Below are positions 54,721 through 64,000 of a DNA stretch of 64,000 nt, one piece after another. This stretch comes from Octopus vulgaris (lineage: Eukaryota). The stretch covers positions 46,438,001 through 46,502,000 of the forward strand of contig OX597820.1 of NCBI GenBank assembly GCA_951406725.2, read 5' to 3'. The notes under the pieces were generated by a model. That model was given only the letters and a program-made list of their open reading frames with translations, did not search any database and had not been told where the DNA came from. Position 1 is the stretch's first letter, and each line of letters starts with the position of its first letter. The position numbers and the translations under genes were made by a program.

Positions 54721-55551
54721 TATATAAATATATACATACATACACATACACACACACACACATATATATATATGGATTTTGAAGTTGATGCCACACCATA
54801 CGAATATCTTTCACAGTGGCGTTAGAACTTCTCGAGATGATCCCAGTAATCAAGATCTGCCATGTCGTCTATTTTTTGTGATTGGTCTCTGTCAGGCTTC
54901 AATTCTTATATTTTGTTTCGTGTAGGGAGACCACAGCCAACAGCAGTATTGAAGGTGAGGACGGACGAAGGTGAAGATGATGAGGACCATTTCTTGACAG
55001 AAAAGTCCTGGGGATCCAGGAGCCCGCCTTGCGGGCCATGTCGACTTTGCTGTTTATATGGGCGCTCCGGCTTCAGTTGTATTGACAGTTACTCCGATGT
55101 CCTTGGCGGTCTTTGATGCAATGAAATTTTTGTCTGGGGGAAGAGTACGTGTTAACTTAAACACAGCCTTTTTTCCAAAGTAATTCAAATTTATTCTCGT
55201 TTATTTTGTCGACAAGTTCTTTGACATTATCGTAATTTTCTTTCTTCTGTTTGGAGTGTGCAAGAGGCAAAGAATGATATTTATTTCCATTGTGGAGCAA
55301 CACTGCTTTGAGACTTCGTGTTGAGCTATCTATGAACAGTCGCCATTCTGCAGAATCATGCTTGAGTCCAATAGCAGTAAACAAACCGATCACATATTTA
55401 CAACACAGATCATTAATATTTTCATAGTACATTTCAATGGCATTTGCGGTACACATATGTTTTGCAATCTTCCCCCAGTAGAGTCCATTCCTTCAACTTT
55501 GATGAAAGAAGTTCAGCTCCTGACTTAGACCCATATCCCTGATAAAATCAT
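54720..55551 (-). repeat. Inverted duplication of 47764-~48630 (transposase and LINE fragments)
   Basis: ORF 55157-55456 mirrors 47859-48158 and 54862-55116 mirrors 48199-48453, with few substitutions and one ~30-bp deletion. Confidence 0.9.
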
Positions 55552-55622
55552 ATAATTTACTCCACCACCTACACCACCAAACGGTATATACAGGTGCTTA
55601 CAATTATCAAGTACTCACCCTG

Positions 55623-55663
<41 letters not shown>

Positions 55664-55746
55664 GGTCCCGGGTTGATTCGGGGTTAACCACAGTAAATAA
55701 GGTACTCAATACATAGCAGAGTAAAATTAATTTATTATATAGAAGG

Positions 55747-55797
55747 AGCTTCTACAGGACTAGAACTGTTTCATTCAAGAGAAATCTTCAGGAAGCT
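55747..55797 (-). ncRNA. Type I hammerhead ribozyme motif
   Basis: Reverse complement of 60808-60858. Confidence 0.75.
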
Positions 55798-56395
55798 AGT
55801 TAACAAGAATTGTATTGGCATTTATACATTTAGGCAGGTTTAAAGGGGTGTTGGTGGGGGACTTTTTGGGGGTAGGCATAGCGCAAAATATCATACTTGG
55901 GGGAGTGGTCAAGGAGTCAGTGTTAAATTAGATAGAAGAATAAATAAAAAATAAAAAATAAAAATATATATATATATAAAAAAAAAGGGGGAATAGAGTT
56001 TTAGGTAAATAAGGAGATTCTCACTTATACCTATGCACATATGTATACATATATACACACGCATACAAACATATATACATATACATACACACATACATAC
56101 ACACATATATATATACATATATATACACTTACACATACATATACATATCTACACATACACATATATGTATACATACACACACTCACATGCATACACGTAT
56201 ACACACATGTATATATACACACACACGACCACACATACATATACACACAGAAAAATATATATACACATACACACACATACTCACATACACGCATACACAC
56301 ACAAATCCACACACACACATGCACACACAGCACACTAGTCCCTATATACACATATATACACATACACACATATATACACACACATACATATACAT

Positions 56396-56440
<45 letters not shown>

Positions 56441-56850
56441 AATATATATATACATATGTGTACCTATGCATACCTACACATACACACATATATATATACA
56501 CATACAAATACAGACCCATTCACTAATTTTAATTTTATTATCTTCGTTTATTACTTTTGTTATCTTTGTTATCTAATTAGGGCTTAGTAAAATAAATTAC
56601 TTTGCCACATACTGAACTTTAGCCTCTTCCACTACTTAGAGAATATTTTCCCTCAGACATTGTTTACTCATAAAAATAATGGTCCTTTTACAACTGAATA
56701 CTTGGTGAAATTGATTAATAACTAATTAACTTTACCCTCAATTGTTGATATATGTATGTGTGTGTATATATATGTGTGTGTATGTGTATATGTACATGTA
56801 TGTATATGTGTATGTATGTATGTATGTATATATATATATATATATGTATG

Positions 56851-56921
<71 letters not shown>

Positions 56922-57212
56922 GTGTATATATGTATATATATATATACATATATGTATGTGTGTGTGTATATGTGTATTATGTGTGTATATGTTTATATAT
57001 ATGTATATGTATATGTATATGTATGTGTGTGTGTATATGTATATATGTGTATATATATGAGTGTACGCGAGTATGTCGATGTATATGTAGGTATGTAGAG
57101 TTATGTGTATGTGCAGGTATGTGAGTGTAGATACAAATTGTAGATGTGTATATATATGTATGTGTATATATGCATGTATATAGGTATATGTATGTGTGTG
57201 TATATGTATATA

Positions 57213-57968
57213 TATACGTCTCGCTTTTATCCTTCGAAACGTTTAGTAGATGAAACTTTAGCGACTGAAGAAGGGGATTTTTCGTTGTGCTTATTGTCCT
57301 GTATCTCCTTTTTTTTGCTTGTCTTGTTCCTTGGTTTGTGTCTATGTTTTTCGTCTCTCTATGTGTTCGACGTCCTTTTGGTGTCCTGTACACATATATG
57401 CGTGTATATGTACATGTAGAGGTAGGTACGTACATATATGTTTATATATATGCATATATTTTATTAACATATTATACGACTAAACGCACGCACCCTATTA
57501 AGTAAGATTGTTCTGTTTATCAAGTTCGCCTTGATATTAACTCTCACGCGACTCTGCATCTTTCTTTCTTTCTTTCTCTCCCATTCCCTTTTTCGTCCTT
57601 TTTCCCTCACTTAACTTGTCTCTTCCTCTCTCTCTCCCCCTCACTGTTCTTCATGGTCTCCTCGCACCATTCCCCTTCTTCTCTCTCTTCCTCTTGCTCC
57701 TCCTCCCCCATTCCCGTCGTCCATCTGCGACGTACTTCCGTCGTAACTGCTATCCCGTCTTTCCTCACCTGCCTTCTAAGGCCACTGGTCGACATCTTCC
57801 TCTCTCGTCGTCCACTATAATCCAGCGTTTGCAATACTTTTTTCGTCTGGCGTTAACAGCCCTTCTTATCTTGTTCTCCTTGACCTGTCTCTCACTGTTA
57901 TATATTTATTTTTCCACTGTTTATATATATATTTTTTACTGTTTATATGTTTGTACTGTCGTTACCGT

Positions 57969-58004
<36 letters not shown>

Positions 58005-58329
58005 CTCCGCGACAAGATCTCAGAATTTTAATTGATTTGCTTTTCGCGGGAAGGAATTTTTCATTCGAAGTATACGTCTCGCTTTTATCCTTCGAAACGT
58101 TTAGTAGATGAAACTTTAGCGACTGAAGAAGGGGATTTTTCGTTGTGCTTATTGTCCTGTATCTCCTTTTTTTGCTTGTCTTGTTCCTTGGTTTGTGTCT
58201 ATGTTTTTCGTCTCTCTATGTGTTCGACGTCCTTTTGGTGTCCTGTACACATATATGCGTGTATATGTACATGTAGAGGTAGGTACGTACATATATGTTT
58301 ATATATATGCATATATTTTATTAACATAT
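57213..58329 (+). repeat. ~260-bp direct repeat pair (57213-57472 and 58071-58329)
   Basis: Near-identical tatacgtctcgcttttatccttcgaaacg...ttattaacatat units about 860 bp apart. Confidence 0.9.
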
Positions 58330-58430
58330 ATATATATATATGTATATGCGAGTATGTAGAGATATAAGTATGTGCATGTGTATATATATGTGTGTATATA
58401 TATGTATGGGTATGTGTTTGTGTATGTATG

Positions 58431-58493
<63 letters not shown>

Positions 58494-58658
58494 ATGTATG
58501 CATATAAGTATGTATGTATGTATGTACATGTGTATGTATATATGTGTGTAAGTGTGTGTATATATGTAAATGTAAGTGTGTGTGCTTGTATGAGAATGTA
58601 TGTATGTTTGCACACATGTATATATGTGTGTGTATGTGTATGTGTATATATATATATG

Positions 58659-58707
<49 letters not shown>

Positions 58708-58919
58708 GTGTATGTATATATATGTGTATGTGTGTGTGTGTGTATACATGTGTGTATGTGTATGTGTGTGTGTGTGTATACATGTGTGTATGTGTATGTA
58801 TGTATGTATATATATGCGTGTGTATGTGTATATGTACATATACGCGTACGCTCGTGTGTTTATGTATATGTAGGTACGTAGAGTTATCTATGTGTGTATT
58901 TATATGTACGTGTGTAAGT

Positions 58920-58983
<64 letters not shown>

Positions 58984-59009
58984 GTGTGTGTGTGTATATA
59001 TATGTGTAT

Positions 59010-59075
<66 letters not shown>

Positions 59076-59472
59076 AAGTTTATATGTATGTATCCGTCTA
59101 TATAATAGGTAACTGCACGTACATATACTTAATACTTATTATTTATTATTTATTTTTTGAGTATGCATGTATGAATAACTGCGCGTATATATATTTTACT
59201 ATTTACTTATTTTTTGAGTATGCATGTAAGTATGAATATAAGGAGGCGCGTGTGTGTGTGTGTATGTGTAAGCATAGATATATGTATACTTTTACGCATG
59301 GGTGTACTTATGTGTATATATGGACGCGCGCGTGTGTGTGTGTGTGCATGGGTACGCATGTACATGTGTATGTGCGTGTATGAGTATATGAGTATGTATG
59401 TATGTGTGTGCGTATATTTGTATATGTATGTATGTATATGTATGTGTGTGTATGAATATATATGTATATATG

Positions 59473-59505
<33 letters not shown>

Positions 59506-59709
59506 AGATATATATATGCGCGTATATATATGTATGTATGTGGGTGTGTGTATGTGTATAAATGTATGGATGTATGGATGTATGTATGTATGTATACGTA
59601 TGTATGTGTATGTATGTATGTGTATGTGTGTATATATGTGTATATGTGTGTATATGTGTATATATGTGTATGTATGTATGTGTATGTATATATGTGTATA
59701 TATATGTGA

Positions 59710-59759
<50 letters not shown>

Positions 59760-60188
59760 ATTTGTATGTAGGTGTACGTGTATGTGTGTGTATTTATATT
59801 TATTGGTGTATATGTATAGACTAGCCTTCTAAGAGTGTAGACATGAATCTGTAGGTACGCGTACGTATGTGTATATACGTGAATGTATGTAGATGTATGT
59901 ATGTATGAATATAACGCGTGCGTGTGTGTATGTGTATGAGTGTACGAATGAGTGAGTGTACGTGCTAAAGAGTGAGTGTACGTGCTAAAGAGTGTGCGTG
60001 AGTGAATGAGTGCTTGTTTTCCAGTAGACAGATAAATGGACTGGCTGTCATAGCCAAGATGTTTGTGACCAAGCGGCCAAAGATAACAAAAGTAATAAAC
60101 GAAGATAATAAAATTAAAATTAGGGAATGGGTCTGTATTTGTATGTGTATATATATATGTGTGTTTGTGTAGGTATGCATAGGTACAC

Positions 60189-60242
<54 letters not shown>

Positions 60243-60807
60243 ATGTATGTGTGTGTATATATGTGTGTATGTGTATATATGTGTATATAGGGACTAGTGT
60301 GCTGTGTGTGCATGTGTGGATTTGTGTGTGTATGCGTGTATGTGAGTATGTGTGTGTATGTGTATATATATTTTTCTGTGTGTATATGTATGTGTGGTCG
60401 TGTGTGTGTATACGTGTATGCATGTGAGTGTGTGTATGTATACATATATGTGTAGATATGTATATGTATGTGTAAGTGTATATATATGTATATATATATG
60501 TGTGTGTATGTATGTGTGTATGTATATGTATATATGTTTGTATGCGTGTGTATATATGTATACATATGTGCATAGGTATAAGTGAGAATCTCCTCATTTA
60601 CCTAAAACTCTATTCCCCCTTTTTTTTATATATATATATATTTTTATTTTTTATTTTTTATTTATTCTTCTATCTAATTTAACACTGACTCCTTGACCAC
60701 TCCCCCAAGTATGATATTTTGCGCTATGCCTACCCCCAAAAAGTCCCCCACCAACACCCCTTTAAACCTGCCTAAATGTATAAATGCCAATACAATTCTT
60801 GTTAACT

Positions 60808-60858
60808 AGCTTCCTGAAGATTTCTCTTGAATGAAACAGTTCTAGTCCTGTAGAAGCT
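60808..60858 (+). ncRNA. Type I hammerhead ribozyme motif
   Basis: AGCUUC CUGAAGA uUUC-ucuu-GAAu GAA ACAG-uucuaguc-CUGU A GAAGCU: 6-bp stem I, intact core, GUA site. Confidence 0.78.
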
Positions 60859-60873
60859 CCTTCTATATAATAA

Positions 60874-60922
<49 letters not shown>

Positions 60923-61361
60923 TGTATGTATATCAGGGTGCGTAAGATATTTGAGGACAGATTTATGTTTATAAAAAAACAGATATATAATAACAGATAA
61001 TAACTTTATTTATCAAAATGTTATGAGGATAAAAATAAACATTCTTTCCTATAATGTTATTGAATAAAGCCACCTTCAGCTTCAGCAACTGATTTTGTAT
61101 GAAATCTAACTCATTCACATGCGCGAATCAAGTTGTTCTGGTTCATTTTAGTCCAAAACAACTCTTCATACTGAGCTCTACTCTTTCTCTCAATTTAACC
61201 ATCTCACATCGTCACTGATGAATGGATATCCCTAGTATTCCAGAAACAGTTGTAAGACTAACTTTCTCTTTATAAATGTCCTGAAAATTCCTCACAGTCT
61301 GGGCTTCGTTGTCTCATTTCATTTTACATGTGTGTGTGTGTGTGTGTGCGCGTGTGCGCGT

Positions 61362-61427
<66 letters not shown>

Positions 61428-61442
61428 ATGTGTGTGTGTGTG

Positions 61443-61660
61443 CTTGTCTTTGTCTCACCACCATCTCTGACAGCTGATGTGGGTGTGCTTACGTCCCCGT
61501 AACATAGCGGTTCGGCAAAAAAGACCCGATAGACTAAGTACTAGGTTTACAAAGAATAGGGGTTGGGGTAGATTTCTTCGACTAAAATACTTAAAGGCGG
61601 TGCTTCAGCATGGCAACAGTCAAATGACTGAAACATGTAAAAGAATAAAAGAATAAAATA
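61443..61660 (+). mobile_element. SINE family C 3' module following (GT)n
   Basis: Matches 63955-64000 and 42776-42968; ends in (AAAAGAAT)n. Confidence 0.7.
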
Positions 61661-61666
61661 TATAAA

Positions 61667-61701
<35 letters not shown>

Positions 61702-62346
61702 TATGTGTGTGTGTGTGTGTGTGTGTGCGTGTGTGTGTTTGTGCGTGTGTGAGTGTATGTGTGGCTAATCAGGTGTTTTCGATTTGTCCTTGCTACTTTT
61801 CCTATAGCTGTCAAAACCCGTCACCGTTTCTTTTCGACTACTTATTTACCCTACTTCTAGCGCTTGTTCGATTTTGTGACTTTCCGACAACTTTTTCTAT
61901 ATTCGCTTCTCCTCGCCCTCGCTTACTTACTTCCGCCTCTAACTTCTCCCCCCGCCCCACTAGACACACACATACACATACATGTGTTATATACTTTTCT
62001 GCGCGCACAGAAATATGAAGCTTTCCGCTTTACTTCTTTTGACAATCATCATACATAGAGAGAAATTTCGACAGTTAGTACTTAAAATGACAAGCTCCCG
62101 TCTTGTGTACAAGCATTATTTAAGGCACGCATTATCCTGCGAAACATATTACTTGTCTATGTAAAATTTTTTGCTTCTCTTTCTGGATTATTACAACAAG
62201 CCATTTTAGAGAGTAGATATTACTTAGTAAAATATCAGGTAAGGTTGTTAATTATATCTTTGATTACCGCCTTGTACTTTATATATATATACCTATATAT
62301 ATACATGTGTGTGTGTGTCTGTAAGTATATATATATATATATATAT

Positions 62347-62403
<57 letters not shown>

Positions 62404-62405
<2 letters not shown>

Positions 62406-62707
62406 AGGCGCAATGGCCTAGTGGTTAGGGCAGCGGACTCGCGGTCGCAGGATCGCGGTTTCGATTCCCAGACCGTACACAATGCCTGTACACAAGACGG
62501 GAGCTTGTGTGTGTTTATTGAGCGAAAACACCTAAAAAGGGGGTGGTGATCCCCGCTGTACTCTTTCACCACTCTTTCTCCCACTCTTTCTTCTGTTGGC
62601 CTGCTCGCTTAGCCAGCGGGGTGGCGTGTTTCGAAGGCTAAAACAATGCGAATGCATTGTGACCAGCGATGTGTAACAACATCTGATGGTCTGGTCGGTC
62701 ACGTGAT

Positions 62708-62714
<7 letters not shown>
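62404..62714 (+). mobile_element. tRNA-derived SINE family B
   Basis: tRNA-like head with A/B boxes; matches the reverse complement of 2447-2753. Confidence 0.85.
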
Positions 62715-62746
<32 letters not shown>

Positions 62747-62764
62747 TATATGTGTGTGTGTGTG

Positions 62765-62800
<36 letters not shown>

Positions 62801-62894
62801 ATATATATGTGCGTGTGTGTGTGTGTGCGTGCAATGATTATGACTATAGAGAATATAGAGACTGGTATATCCTCAAAATTTACAGCATATTTTT

Positions 62895-63457
62895 GGCGAA
62901 GGTAAATGAGGTGTACACCTCCCATTTGTATGTTTTCGATATTAGAAGAATACGATTTTGCCCCCAAATCACGTTTCCTAAATTTTTATTTCCCCCACCC
63001 CGCCCCAATTTATTAACTTAATTTTTTTCGAATTCTTTTTTTTTTATTAATCCACGGACAAAAATACAGAGATTACGAATCTGGGAATTTTTTCTTCATT
63101 TTTTTTTCTTCCCACTTTACCCACCCATCACCTCCCTGCTTTCAAAAAATTAAAAAACTCAGAATGTTTCACTTTCGTCTTTTTCACGCATGCGTAGAAT
63201 TCTATTGAAATAGCAGACGTTAAAAAATATCAGACCACCACCAGAAAACCCGATATGCTAGAAACAACAGCTAAATTCGATAAAAAAAAATTAATAAGTT
63301 GGAGCGCGGTTGGAGATAAAAAAAATTTTGAAAACGTGATTTTTAGGCAAAATCGTATTCTCCTATATCGAAAACATAGAAATCCGAGAAAAAAAAATTA
63401 AAAAAAAAAGAAAACCATCGGAAATGTATGGTGTACACGTCCTTTACCTTCGCCATG
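62895..63457. mobile_element. Unclassified element with imperfect long inverted ends
   Basis: tggcgaaggtaaa...gtgtacacc...gaatacgattttgcc pairs with ggcaaaatcgtattc...ggtgtacac...tttaccttcgcca. Confidence 0.6.
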
Positions 63458-63745
63458 GTTGAAAGATCCTGAACGAAACGGGGCAAGATTTCCGCCCGTC
63501 CCCACCCTTAAACCACACTTTTTCAAATTTTTCTTTTGACACAACTTCGGCTACGGAGAATACTAATCTGCAAAAAAAAATTGGCAAAAATCGAAATTTC
63601 TAAATTACTACCCCACCCACCCCCATTTCCTTCATTTTTAACTTTTTTCACAATTTTTTTTTTCAAAATATGCGGAAAAATACGGAGATTATGATTCTGA
63701 AAAACAAATTCCCAAAATCTTTGTAAATTTTTTTTTTAAGAATGG

Positions 63746-63908
63746 ACAGGCTGTGTGGTAAGTAGCTTGCTTACAAACCACATGGTTCCAGGTTCAGTTC
63801 CACCGCATGGCATCTTGGACAAGTGTCTTCTACTATAGCTTCGGGCCGACCAAAGCCTCGTGAGTGGATTTGGTAGGCGGAAACTGAAAGAAGCGCGTCG
63901 TAAACATG

Positions 63909-63955
<47 letters not shown>

Positions 63956-64000
63956 CCCTCCAACAACGCTTGACAACCGATGCTGGTGTGTTTACGTCTC
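63746..64000 (+). mobile_element. SINE family C (tRNA head, CORE-like domain, internal microsatellite, 3' module); runs off the window
   Basis: ggctgtgtggtaag...ggttcagttcc...cttggacaagtgtcttctactatagc, then (TA)(GT)n, then the 3' module. Confidence 0.75.

Larger units (their letters stand above)
55730..60875. mobile_element. Microsatellite-rich element with ~800-bp inverted arms and terminal hammerheads
   Basis: 55730-56568 is the reverse complement of 60078-60875; ~3.5-kb low-complexity spacer; no credible ORF. Confidence 0.8.

Noticed and set aside
48698-55551. Palindromes as pure long-read fold-back artefacts
   Set aside because: Arms differ by clustered substitutions and indels, have a unique spacer, and end at biologically sensible points. 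Not fully excluded without reads.
59207-60565. 452-aa ORF and the many YIYIYI / CVCVCV / HTHTHT ORFs across the window
   Set aside because: They are translations of TA/CA/TG microsatellites, which lack stop codons by composition.

Overview
Eukaryotic, very AT- and microsatellite-rich DNA. The SINE families and the protein suggest a coleoid cephalopod, probably Octopus (inference). The only host gene I can support is a molluscan-type troponin C on the + strand, with coding exons 11435-11459, 14628-14771 and 16688-16930; I did not find the start-codon exon. It has two homologous alternative terminal exons, 30482-30510 (EFKTLMTSE*) and 36195-36220 (EFSKLMME*), which complete EF-hand IV. The rest is repeats: three tRNA-derived SINE families, Tc1/mariner, hAT and Chapaev-like DNA transposon remnants, and RTE, L1/Tx1 and CR1/L2 fragments. 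The most striking pattern is a recurrent (TA)n-embedded architecture of head-to-head inverted insertions, from about 100 bp hairpins up to about 5 kb palindromes. The largest carries a Penelope-like GIY-YIG endonuclease, and several carry minimal type I hammerhead ribozyme motifs near their outer ends. Nearly all ORFs in the supplied track are microsatellite translation artefacts.
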